Shown: positions 1-8,191, counted from the stretch's first letter. The stretch is 12,841 bases of DNA from Candidatus Nanohaloarchaea archaeon (GCA_042217695.1 JBDGSE010000034.1:1-12841); one strand, 5' to 3'. Notes: generated by a model from the letters alone, not told the origin. Program-made: numbers and translations.

Positions 1-50
1 CCGTCCGTACCGCCCCGGGGTACGATGATAGTCCACTACACTACCCCGCC
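1..50 (-). tRNA. tRNA-Pro (anticodon GGG), 5' part only; 3' end lies beyond the window edge
   Basis: Reverse complement reads GGCGGGG TA GTGT AGTGGACTA TCAT C GTACC CCGGGGC GGTAC GGAC GG: 7-nt acceptor strand, U8-A9, D-arm with A14/G15/G18G19, perfect 5-bp anticodon stem, 7-nt loop with central GGG and G37. Position 33 is C rather than U. Confidence 0.75.
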
Positions 51-180
51 AAACGGAGATCCGTTTGAGCGATCAAGCCGCGCAAGGCGGCTTCCGGGCC
101 GAGAAAACCTCCCGGTTTTCGACCCCGTCAACTCGTTACGCTGAGTTGACACGCAAGAAGGCATTCAAACAGAATGCCTT
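51..180. repeat. Array of five adjacent short inverted repeats abutting the tRNA-Pro 5' end
   Basis: AAACGG/CCGTTT (51-66), AAGCCGC/GCGGCTT (75-93), GAAAACC/GGTTTTC (103-120), GTCAACTC/GAGTTGAC (127-150), AAGGCATTC/GAATGCCTT (158-180); all perfect stems of 6-9 bp. Confidence 0.85.
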
Positions 181-275
181 TCGGAACCTGGGGGACTGTA
201 GATGTTTTGACCGGAAAGATTCTTTAGTGTTTGTCGCGGGCAAGTTTTACTTTTCGGTCTCTACAACTGAAAAAC

Positions 276-656
276 GTGAGAATCCTTTACATCTGCACCG
301 GCAACAGTTTCCGTTCTCCCGTGGCAGAGGCGCTGACAAGGAAGTTCCGGCCAGGACTGGAGGTGGAGTCCGCCGGTACTGATGCCGCGGAGGGTGTCGC
401 GGAGAACGCGGAGGAACTACTTGAAAGAGATAACGCGAGAAGGTTTGTTAAACCGGAGCCGGACCAGCTGTCTGAAAGGGCGGTGGAGGAGGCCGACGTT
501 GTAGTATGCATGACTGACCGCCACTACACCTACCTGCGGGAGAACTTTTCTGTCGATGTTGAGACCAGGATCTGGCGTATCGAGGACCCGATAGACCCCG
601 GTGTTGAACCAGAGGAGGCCTATCGAAGGATAAAGTCAAAGGTAAAGATGCTGTAA
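276..656 (+). CDS. Low-molecular-weight phosphatase family protein (LMW-PTP/ArsC fold)
   Basis: P-loop CX5R motif ILYICTGNSFRS, ESAGT motif, general-acid IEDP. Start moved to in-frame GTG at 276 (MRILYIC), about 30 nt after TTTTAC at 245-250. Confidence 0.9.
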   Translation: MRILYICTGNSFRSPVAEALTRKFRPGLEVESAGTDAAEGVAENAEELLERDNARRFVKPEPDQLSERAVEEADVVVCMTDRHYTYLRENFSVDVETRIWRIEDPIDPGVEPEEAYRRIKSKVKML

Positions 657-687
657 AGTTTTCAGTTTAACTGTTCAAAGAGACATT

Positions 688-1335
688 ATGCTGGAAGAGT
701 CCGATCTTGAGGAGCTCAGGTCGCGCCTGAAAAACGAGTTCTCCGGTTACCGGGAGCTGGCGGGAGGTAAAAACTACAGGTACCACCACCTTGTCGCGGT
801 CCACCGCTACGTGAAAGCGCTCATGGAAAAAGAAGAGCTTGAGCGGGAAGAGTTTGACGAACGCGTGGTCGAGGTGGCAGCGCTTTTCCACGACATCGGA
901 AGAAAAGAGGATATCGAGGACGGCTACATGGACCCGTTTGAAGGCCATGAAGGCCATGCCGGGACAGGTGAGGAACTGGTAGCGGAGTACGTTGAGGACT
1001 TTCTAACCGCGGAACAGCTTGAGAAAGTGGAGAGGGTCATCGGCAACCATCATTCGGCCCCGGAGACCGTCGAGGGAAAGATACTGCAGGACGCGGACCG
1101 TCTCGGGAAGTTCGGAACCTGGGATATCTGGCGTATGATACATTACGGTTCGGAGAAGGAACGGGAGATGCCGGAGATGTTCGAGTACTTCTGGGACACC
1201 GCGATGCAGCGCTACCACGACGAGCTCCCTGAATTCCACTTCGAGGTCTCGAGGAGAGTGGCGAAAGAGAGGATGATACGTTACCAGGATACCATGAAAC
1301 GGATAGAGGAGGAGTACTTCGGCGACGACATCTAG
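688..1335 (+). CDS. HD-domain metal-dependent phosphohydrolase
   Basis: H..V (RYHHLVAV), AALFHDIG, HEGH, NHH and LQDADR motifs in canonical HD order; acidic composition. Confidence 0.9.
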   Translation: MLEESDLEELRSRLKNEFSGYRELAGGKNYRYHHLVAVHRYVKALMEKEELEREEFDERVVEVAALFHDIGRKEDIEDGYMDPFEGHEGHAGTGEELVAEYVEDFLTAEQLEKVERVIGNHHSAPETVEGKILQDADRLGKFGTWDIWRMIHYGSEKEREMPEMFEYFWDTAMQRYHDELPEFHFEVSRRVAKERMIRYQDTMKRIEEEYFGDDI

Positions 1336-3209
1336 ATCCGGGACTTACCCGGAGGCAACGCCCTTATGATATAGTCAAGGTCCAGGTCGTATCCCTGTTC
1401 CGAGAGCTTTTCCCGTATCTTCTTCGCCACTTCCGACTTTTTGTCTCGGCCCTGCTTTACCTCTACGGAGGCAGGACAGTTCTCCTCTACCGCGGAAGGA
1501 GGACCGGCCATAGGGACATACGTGGATTCCAGTTCGTAGGGCCCGATGGCGGCCTCCGCGGAGACGTTTCTTATGTATTCTCTTTCTCCCCTTATCACGA
1601 AGGCTCCTTTACCCACGAATTCTCCGGATTCGGGGTTCTTGGTGACCTGTTCCGGGTCGACGTAGTATGTCGAGGCGGAGGCTATCCCGCGTTTCCAGAC
1701 GCTGGAGAACGTTACTGCAAATTTTGCGGCCTCTTCAAGTGTTGATTCGGGGGCGTCCTGACCCTCCTTTATGACCACGGAGGGGGCCGCGTCGAAATCC
1801 GCGTGGAGATACAGGTCTCCGGAGTTCATGTGCTTCTTCACGAGCATCTCGTTGGTCTGTGAGTCCCTCCCTGCTAACACGAGAAAACCATCCGAGGAAT
1901 AGAACCAGCGGTATTTCTCAAACCATTTCTTGTCGCGTTTCCTGGACTTGTCCTCCATCGCCTCAGTGTCGATCTCCTCGGGTTCAAGTTCTTCGAGTTT
2001 TTCTCTGGTCCGGCCCATCGCCTCTCTAACGCTCTCCATCTTGGACTCGGACTGTTTTGCCTTGTCGTAGTACCGGGAGGCGATGGCTTCCAGGTCGTCT
2101 TCCAGGGTCAGCTTGATGTTCTTGTCCTCGACCGGAACGGAGGCGAATTCTTCGCGCTCGTTCACACTGTTGACAGGAGAATCGCTCTCCTCTATCTTCT
2201 CTGCCACTTGTTTCCAGCCGTGTTCCTCCACGGCCTCTTTCAGGTCGTCCTGTATGGCCTTTAAACGGCTGTAATCTCTGTATATCAGTTCCGCCTTCTC
2301 GCGGTTCTCGTCGGAGGACTTCTTCAGGCCTTCAAGCTTTCTTTCCTGCTGCTCCAGCTGTCTCTCCAGCCCCTGTTTTTTCTCCTGGTAGGCCTCCTCC
2401 CTTTTCTCCTCTCTTTTCCGGGATTTTTTCCTGTAGTAGTACTCGTCCAGTGCCTCGGAAAAGGTCTCGAAATCCTCTCTGTCGTGACCGGAATAGGTCT
2501 CCAGTGGGAAGGGAGCAGCCATGACAGGTTCCTGGTCGAGGTAGAGTACTGGTTCTGGTTCCTCTGCGGCATGGAACAGTTCCCTGACCGCCTCCCTGAC
2601 CCTGTCCTTTTCCTCCGCGGAAAGCTCCTCTGTACTCGACTCTTTATCCACGTCGGCCCGGGCACATACCTCTTCTGCATAGGTTCCCCCCAGGCTTGCA
2701 TCGGCCGCCAGTTTTCTCACCAGTTCGCCTTCATCCAGGAGTTCGAAGATATCGGCCTCCCGGGGGTCTTCCGCCGGTTCCGGGTACTCGTAGTCCTCTC
2801 CCACTCTTATGGTGCGGTCCGCCCATTCCTCTTCGCGCAGCGCACCGATGATTCTGTCGTCGTCGAGGAGAACAAAATTGCCCTTACCGAATATCTCTGC
2901 TATGAGGGTTTTATCTCCGGACTCGATGACGAGTATCCGGTCGAAGCCTCTCTGTTCTATGCTGTCGACCTTTCCCAGGTGTTTCCGGAGTTCCATGCAG
3001 AAACCCGGGGGTCTCTCCGGGTTGTCGCGCTTGTACTTTGATATAAAGGCACGATCAGTCCCAAGGATAAGTCTCTTCTTTTCGTCGCCTGGAACGTATA
3101 TCTCCAGCGTGAGTTCCTCGCCTCTCTGGTATACTTTCTGGACGAAGCCTTCCTCTAGTTCGGAGAACTCCTCCATCAGTGTCGATAGCTCCAGGCTGGT
3201 CAGTTCCAT
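1332..3209 (-). CDS. rqcH: Ribosome quality-control factor Rqc2/RqcH (NEMF/NFACT family)
   Basis: NFACT-N signatures (PPGFCMELRKHL, QRGFDRIL, EIFGKGN), HhH (LGGTYAEEVC), coiled coil, NFACT-R (KWFEKYRWFYSSDGFLVLAGRDSQTNE, LYLHAD), ESGEFVGKGAFVIRGER. Confidence 0.93.
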   Translation of the reverse strand: MELTSLELSTLMEEFSELEEGFVQKVYQRGEELTLEIYVPGDEKKRLILGTDRAFISKYKRDNPERPPGFCMELRKHLGKVDSIEQRGFDRILVIESGDKTLIAEIFGKGNFVLLDDDRIIGALREEEWADRTIRVGEDYEYPEPAEDPREADIFELLDEGELVRKLAADASLGGTYAEEVCARADVDKESSTEELSAEEKDRVREAVRELFHAAEEPEPVLYLDQEPVMAAPFPLETYSGHDREDFETFSEALDEYYYRKKSRKREEKREEAYQEKKQGLERQLEQQERKLEGLKKSSDENREKAELIYRDYSRLKAIQDDLKEAVEEHGWKQVAEKIEESDSPVNSVNEREEFASVPVEDKNIKLTLEDDLEAIASRYYDKAKQSESKMESVREAMGRTREKLEELEPEEIDTEAMEDKSRKRDKKWFEKYRWFYSSDGFLVLAGRDSQTNEMLVKKHMNSGDLYLHADFDAAPSVVIKEGQDAPESTLEEAAKFAVTFSSVWKRGIASASTYYVDPEQVTKNPESGEFVGKGAFVIRGEREYIRNVSAEAAIGPYELESTYVPMAGPPSAVEENCPASVEVKQGRDKKSEVAKKIREKLSEQGYDLDLDYIIRALPPGKSRI

Positions 3210-3244
3210 GGAAGGTTCTTGTACGGTGAATTACAAAAAAGGAG

Positions 3245-3781
3245 TCATTCAAACATGTCGACGCCTTCCTGCTCTGCGTCACGTCCGGCCTGTTCGTTCT
3301 CGAACTGGCGCTTGAACTCGTCCACGGATTCCAGGTCGAAGTAGTCCAGGAAATGGTCCGTCACGTCCAGTATCGCGGTTCTGCCGTCCTTCTCCTTGGA
3401 GAGGAATCCACGGTTCACCAGTTCTTTCACGTGTTGATAGGCGCGGTTGCCCCGGATCTCGACTATGTCGGCCTGTTCCACCGGCGCGTTGTAGGCGATG
3501 AGTGAAAGCGTGCGTAACTGGCCCTCGTTCAGGTCCTGGTGGGGGGCCAGGTGGGAGACGTGTTCCAGGTGAGGTTTCTTCACCTTCAGTTCGTAACCTT
3601 CTCCGGTCTCTATGAGTTCGAGTCCTCGGTGTTCTTCCTCCAGCATCTCCTGGAACTCCTCTATAAGCATGTCGACGTAGCCCATGCTTCCAAGGTTCAG
3701 GATATCGGCGATTTCTTCCCTGTCGACCGGGTCCTCTGCCAGGTAGAGCGCGGCTTCGAGTCGCGCTTTTTTTCCTTCCAC
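3245..3781 (-). CDS. scpB: SMC-ScpAB complex subunit ScpB (kite)
   Basis: LEAALY, LRTLSLIAYNAPVEQADIVEIRG, HVKELVNRGFL, VTDHFLDYFDL are typical ScpB motifs; GTG start preceded by SD-like GGTGAGG; follows scpA. Confidence 0.95.
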   Translation of the reverse strand: MEGKKARLEAALYLAEDPVDREEIADILNLGSMGYVDMLIEEFQEMLEEEHRGLELIETGEGYELKVKKPHLEHVSHLAPHQDLNEGQLRTLSLIAYNAPVEQADIVEIRGNRAYQHVKELVNRGFLSKEKDGRTAILDVTDHFLDYFDLESVDEFKRQFENEQAGRDAEQEGVDMFE

Positions 3782-3853
3782 CGGGCTATCGCCTCACCGG
3801 GTTGCGTTCCAGATCTGTCTGGAAGCCGGTCTTGGGGTTTGGAAAGGTATTCA

Positions 3854-4567
3854 TCAGTTGGGTACCTCCTCGTCCTCTGGTTTGACCTTCAGCTGGCCGA
3901 GGAACTCTTCCTGTATCAGCTGGACTTTTTCATCGTTTTCAAGGTGTAGTATGTGTTTGAATTTCTCGAGTTTCTCCTCGTTGTCCCCGGTCTCTATCAG
4001 GTGATCGAAGTCGACTTTTTCACGGGTCTCCGATGATACAAGGTTCTTGATCCGTCCGAACAGGGAGTTCAGCTTCTCGGTCAGGTCTTTCTCATCCATC
4101 TCGAAGTGCTGGTCTATCTCCTCACGCATCTCCTGCCTTTCTTCACGGCGTTCCTTGACTTCCATAGCGGATTCCAGGGAGTCTTTAAGCTCGTCCAGAC
4201 TTACCCTGCGTTTAGGCCGCGGCTTTACAGGCATATCGAGTTCGGGACCCATATCCAGGTCTGGGTCTCTCTCGTAGCCTCCGGCTTCCTCTTCTATCGG
4301 TTCCTCGAAATCCATCGGGTTCTCTTCTTCCTCGGTTTCCTCCTCGAGGTAGAGTGCGCGGGCCTTCATGTTGAGCAACGCCGCGGCGATGCGGATGGCT
4401 CTCGCCGGAACCGATAGATCGTACTCCTGCATCTCGCTCAGGTATTCTCTGTAGCGGTCTGTGAGAACTATTATGTCTATACTTTCGGGGTCCATGTCAG
4501 CGGTGAGTATGTCTATGGTCTCCTCCCAGGGTTGCTCCGCCAGCATCTTCACGTCGTACTCTTCCAT
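3854..4567 (-). CDS. scpA: SMC-ScpAB complex kleisin ScpA
   Basis: MDPESIDIIVLTDRY, AAALLNMKARAL, RRVSLDELKDSL and C-terminal winged helix FKHILHLENDEKVQLIQEEFLG; adjacent to scpB and near smc. Confidence 0.92.
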   Translation of the reverse strand: MEEYDVKMLAEQPWEETIDILTADMDPESIDIIVLTDRYREYLSEMQEYDLSVPARAIRIAAALLNMKARALYLEEETEEEENPMDFEEPIEEEAGGYERDPDLDMGPELDMPVKPRPKRRVSLDELKDSLESAMEVKERREERQEMREEIDQHFEMDEKDLTEKLNSLFGRIKNLVSSETREKVDFDHLIETGDNEEKLEKFKHILHLENDEKVQLIQEEFLGQLKVKPEDEEVPN

Positions 4568-4618
4568 AGTCGGCCCTCATAATCCCAACCCCCCGTAAAA
4601 CCGATTTGTGCGTCACAC

Positions 4619-4652
4619 TATTTAATTATAGGGTGCGGCCCGGCTTTATTAA
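4619..4652. promoter_or_regulatory. Divergent TATA-like boxes for scpA (- strand) and the PsiE-like pair (+ strand)
   Basis: TATTTAATTATA (4619-4630) upstream of scpA on the - strand; TTTATTAA (4645-4652) 21-28 nt before ATG 4673, consistent with a leaderless archaeal transcript. Confidence 0.55.
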
Positions 4653-4672
4653 CGGGTAGGAACTATTTTTTT

Positions 4673-5191
4673 ATGATGGCGGAAGCCGAGGAGAAGATAC
4701 AGGAGGTCGCAGAGAAGAACGAGGGAGATCCCAGCCGCCTTGAGACCTCACTTGCCCTGAAAGCCGACAGACTGATGGATATACTCCAGCTGTTCGTTGT
4801 ATATCTCCTTGTGGTGCTGTTCGGCATAGGAGTCTACGATCTGGGTGTCAAACTCTTTAGTTTCGTTGTCACAGGTAAGATAGTGAATCCTGCGAACGTT
4901 GTGGCGATTCTTGACACCGCATTACTCCTTTTCCTGGTTGTGGAGGTATTCAGGACGTCCGTGGCGCATCTGGAGGATAAGAAGGTGCTGCCGCTGGTGA
5001 TCGATGTGGCCATAATAGGCGTGGTGCGGAGCCTGATAACCTTCCGCGTGGGAGAGTATTCGCAGCCCGTTGACGCGTTACTGGCCTCGTCCTCCTATGC
5101 ATTGACGCTCGTGGTCCTTATTGGAGGGTACTACATTGTACACCGCCAGGAGAGAAAGCCCCTGGACAACCATCCGCCGGAAGAAAGATGA
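4673..5191 (+). CDS. Phosphate-starvation-inducible PsiE-like membrane protein
   Basis: Four hydrophobic segments; LLLFLVVEVFRT and VAIIGVVRSLI match the PsiE-like family pattern (E in TM2, R after TM3). Confidence 0.75.
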   Translation: MMAEAEEKIQEVAEKNEGDPSRLETSLALKADRLMDILQLFVVYLLVVLFGIGVYDLGVKLFSFVVTGKIVNPANVVAILDTALLLFLVVEVFRTSVAHLEDKKVLPLVIDVAIIGVVRSLITFRVGEYSQPVDALLASSSYALTLVVLIGGYYIVHRQERKPLDNHPPEER

Positions 5192-5607
5192 CTGACGAGA
5201 GAGTACGTGAACTGGCCCGGAAGGCAGACCAGTTGAGAGAGTACATTGAACTTGTACTGTCGTTCCTGATTCTTTTGACATTCGTCACGGCGGTTTACTC
5301 GCTTGCCTACAACCTGAGACTGTTTATCGGGGGAGAACGCAGTGTTGCAGCGGTTATATCTTTCCTCAGTACTGTGCTTCTGCTAGGTATCCTGTCGGAC
5401 GTATACGGCCTGACCGTTGACGAGTTGCTTGATAGAAGGACTCTAAACGGTTTCATGTCGCTGCTGATAATCGCCACGTCTATCGGGGTACTTGAGGACT
5501 GGATAGGTTCTCTCGGAGCCCTTAATCCTGTACAGATGCTGGTTTACTCCTCGCTGTTCTCCGGCATGTTGCTGCTGGGTTTCGTGGGTTTCCACGTGAC
5601 TCGTTAA
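5188..5607 (+). CDS. Four-TM membrane protein, divergent paralogue of the upstream PsiE-like gene
   Basis: ATGA overlap with the upstream stop; aligns by eye to it (LARKADQLREYIELVL vs LALKADRLMDILQLFV; LSTVLLL vs LDTALLL; LLDRRTL vs LEDKKVL). Confidence 0.7.
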   Translation: MTDERVRELARKADQLREYIELVLSFLILLTFVTAVYSLAYNLRLFIGGERSVAAVISFLSTVLLLGILSDVYGLTVDELLDRRTLNGFMSLLIIATSIGVLEDWIGSLGALNPVQMLVYSSLFSGMLLLGFVGFHVTR

Positions 5608-8129
5608 TTATCCAGCTCGATACTCCTCATCTTGGAGACTCCTTCACGCATCGATACGCCGTAGGCGCGTTCTGCGTGCCTTACCGTGATATCGTTGTGT
5701 GAGATCACGATGAACTGGTTCTCCTCGGCGTAGTCCTTCAAAAGCTCGGAGAGTTTCTTCGAGTTTGTCTCGTCCAGTGCGGCGTCTATCTCGTCCATTA
5801 TGTAGAAAGGAGATTCCTCGTACTCCAGTATCGCGAAGACGAACGCGATGGCGGTCATAGTCTTCTCTCCACCGCTCAACGCATCGATTATATGTGGGTC
5901 CTTCCCTGGCGGCGCGGCCCTGATCTTCAGTCCTTTCTCGATATCGTCGTCTTCTAGGACCAGCTCACCTTCTCCACCGTCGAACAGTTTCTCGAATATC
6001 CGGGAGAAGCTATCCTTTATCTCTTCCAGGGTATCCATGAACCTCTCGCGTTTCTCCTGTTCGATCTCCTCTATCCAGTCCTCTATCTCCAGTTTCTCCT
6101 GTCTTATCTCGGAGAGCTTTTCCTTGAACTCGTCGAACTCCTCCTTCTTCTCCTTGTACTCATCGATGGCACGCATGTTGACCGGCCCCATCGAGTTCTG
6201 CTTCTTCACGATCTTCCGCTTCTTCTTTTTCAGTTCTTCAGGGGAGGATTCCAGACCTGTCAGCTCGTCTTCGTCGTAATCGTAATCCTCCAGGTCGTCT
6301 TTCACGTTTTTCAGCTCGGATTTCAGATTGGCTTTCTTGCTGCCGACCTCGTCGACCTTGGTCTTCAGCTTCTGCATCTCCGAGTACTTCTCCTGTCTCT
6401 CATCCCGGAGATCCTGCAGATCTTCACGTATCTGTTTCTTCTCTTCCTTCAGTTCCTCGTCTGTCTCCATCTCCTCCTCTTTCCGTTCCTTCATCTTCTT
6501 CAGTTCGGCTATGTCCTTCTGGAGTTCCTCGATTTCCTGCTCGACCTCTTTCTTCTCCTCCTTCTTTTTCTGCGGGTCCAGGCTGGAACTCGAGGAAGAG
6601 GAAGAGTTGCGCGACTTTTTCTTCTTGCCGCCGGACATAGCTCCGCCCCGGGACATAACGTCTCCGTCAAGCGTTACCACCCGGACGCCGTCGATGTCCT
6701 TCACAGAGTCCAGGTCCTCCGCCACCAGCGTGTCGGAGAAGACGTAGTTCACCGCGATGTCGTACTTCGGGTCGTTGTCCACCAGTTCCGCGGCGTAGTC
6801 GATAACCCCTTTACGTTTCTTTGCCATCTTTGACTTGGCGGACCGTGACCTGTCCTTTATCTTGTCCAGCGGCAGGAAACGGGCTCTCCCTATGTTCTCC
6901 CTCTTCAGGTAGTTTATCGCCTCGATAGAGGTATCCTTGTCTTCTACAACGACGTCGTTCATGTGGCCGCCCGCCGCGGTCTCTATCGCGACCTGAAACC
7001 GGCTTTCGTGCGAGATCAGGTCCTGGAAGACCCCGTTTATACTGTCGTTTTCAAGCGACAGCACCGCGTCGACAGCCTTTGAACCTGTGCTCCTGCGCTC
7101 CTGCATCTTCTCGAGTTCCTCTATGGTTTCCTCCAGGTCCTCCAGCTTGTCGCGTTTGTTCTCTATCTTGCCTTCCTTCTTCTCTATACGGTTCTCGAGG
7201 TGTTCGATGTCGTTGTTGCCGCCCTGTTTCTCCTCGATCTCTTCTATACGGTCCTGTTTCTCGTCTATCTCCTGGTCTATCTCTTCCAGCTCTTTTTCAT
7301 ACTCCTCGATCCTCTCCTTGTTTTCCGAGACGTCCGTGTTGATGTTCGCAAGCCGGTTGCTCAGGGCACGTTTCCGGACCTCAAGGATCGATGCCTGCAG
7401 TTTCTCCTTTCTCTCCTCCAGTTCCCGGTATTTTAACGCGAGCTCCTTGTCCTCCTTCAGTTTCTCCAGGTACTGCTTCTTTTCATCGAGAAGTATCTCC
7501 TGTTCCTGGAGTTTCTGTTCTACCTCCTCCAGTTCTTCCTCTGCTTCTTCCTTCTTCTCGTCGAACTCTGCGACCCCGGAGAGCTCGTCTATAACCTTTC
7601 TCCTCTCCACGTCGCTCTGCTCCACTATCTCTGTTACACGACCCTGTCTCACGAAGTGGTATCCCTCCGGGTCGATGTTGGCCTTCCGGCAGATCTCGTC
7701 GATCTTCTTGCGTTTACAGTTCGAGCCCTGGAACTTGTAGATCGAGGAACCCGCCCGTGTTATCTTCCTGGCGACTGTTATCTCGTCCGCTTCTTCCTCA
7801 TCTTCCAGGAACTCGTCAAATATCCCGGAGGTGTTGTCCAGATAGACCGTTACCTTTGCGTAGTCGGCGGGCTTCCTGTTCTCCCCGCCGTTGAATATCA
7901 GTTGTTCAAGTCTCTCCGCCCTGAGTTTTGAGGACCTCCTCCCGAAGACAAAGCTTACTCCGTCAAGGATGTTCGACTTGCCGTTCCCGTTCTCGCCGAC
8001 TATCGCGGTGAGACCCTTGTAAAACGGTATAGAAGTCTTTCTCTGGAACGATTTGAAACCCTTGAAGGTGACCTTGTTTATCTTGGTCTCTGAGGGTTGC
8101 GCTTCCTGTTTCTGTTCAGTCTCCAACAT
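5604..8129 (-). CDS. smc: Chromosome segregation protein Smc, short-armed (841 aa)
   Basis: FKGFKSF, Walker A GENGNGKS, Q-loop VRQG, hinge (INYLKRENIGRARFLPL, RVVTLDGDVMSRGGAMSGG), MGPVNMRAIDEY, signature LSGGEK, Walker B/D-loop IMDEIDAALD, H-switch ISH. Confidence 0.95.
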   Translation of the reverse strand: MLETEQKQEAQPSETKINKVTFKGFKSFQRKTSIPFYKGLTAIVGENGNGKSNILDGVSFVFGRRSSKLRAERLEQLIFNGGENRKPADYAKVTVYLDNTSGIFDEFLEDEEEADEITVARKITRAGSSIYKFQGSNCKRKKIDEICRKANIDPEGYHFVRQGRVTEIVEQSDVERRKVIDELSGVAEFDEKKEEAEEELEEVEQKLQEQEILLDEKKQYLEKLKEDKELALKYRELEERKEKLQASILEVRKRALSNRLANINTDVSENKERIEEYEKELEEIDQEIDEKQDRIEEIEEKQGGNNDIEHLENRIEKKEGKIENKRDKLEDLEETIEELEKMQERRSTGSKAVDAVLSLENDSINGVFQDLISHESRFQVAIETAAGGHMNDVVVEDKDTSIEAINYLKRENIGRARFLPLDKIKDRSRSAKSKMAKKRKGVIDYAAELVDNDPKYDIAVNYVFSDTLVAEDLDSVKDIDGVRVVTLDGDVMSRGGAMSGGKKKKSRNSSSSSSSSLDPQKKKEEKKEVEQEIEELQKDIAELKKMKERKEEEMETDEELKEEKKQIREDLQDLRDERQEKYSEMQKLKTKVDEVGSKKANLKSELKNVKDDLEDYDYDEDELTGLESSPEELKKKKRKIVKKQNSMGPVNMRAIDEYKEKKEEFDEFKEKLSEIRQEKLEIEDWIEEIEQEKRERFMDTLEEIKDSFSRIFEKLFDGGEGELVLEDDDIEKGLKIRAAPPGKDPHIIDALSGGEKTMTAIAFVFAILEYEESPFYIMDEIDAALDETNSKKLSELLKDYAEENQFIVISHNDITVRHAERAYGVSMREGVSKMRSIELDN

Positions 8130-8153
8130 CTAGCATACATTTATCTGGCAGGA

Positions 8154-8160
8154 TTAAAAA
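8154..8160 (-). promoter_or_regulatory. TATA-like box of smc (leaderless transcript)
   Basis: TTTTTAA on the - strand, 25-31 nt upstream of the smc ATG at 8129. Confidence 0.5.
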
Positions 8161-8191
8161 TCACTTGGAAACGGGAAAGAAAAAGAGGGTG

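Noticed and set aside
51..180. CRISPR array, SRP RNA or RNase P RNA interpretation of the hairpin arrays
   Set aside because: No repeated unit with regular spacers, no cas genes, and no recognisable SRP helix 8 or RNase P P4 consensus.
65..382. 105-aa + strand ORF, and the 231 start for the phosphatase
   Set aside because: Basic, non-host-like composition; it runs through the hairpin array and overlaps the phosphatase, whose fold begins at GTG 276.
521..533. CCACTACACCTAC resembling the tRNA-Pro D-arm (33-44)
   Set aside because: Short gapped match inside a coding region; consistent with chance.
5604..8129. Alternative call as Rad50, Sph/ClsN or Wadjet JetC because of the short length
   Set aside because: It has a canonical Smc hinge, no CxxC hook, the GPVNMRA motif and housekeeping scpA/scpB, with no jetD nearby.
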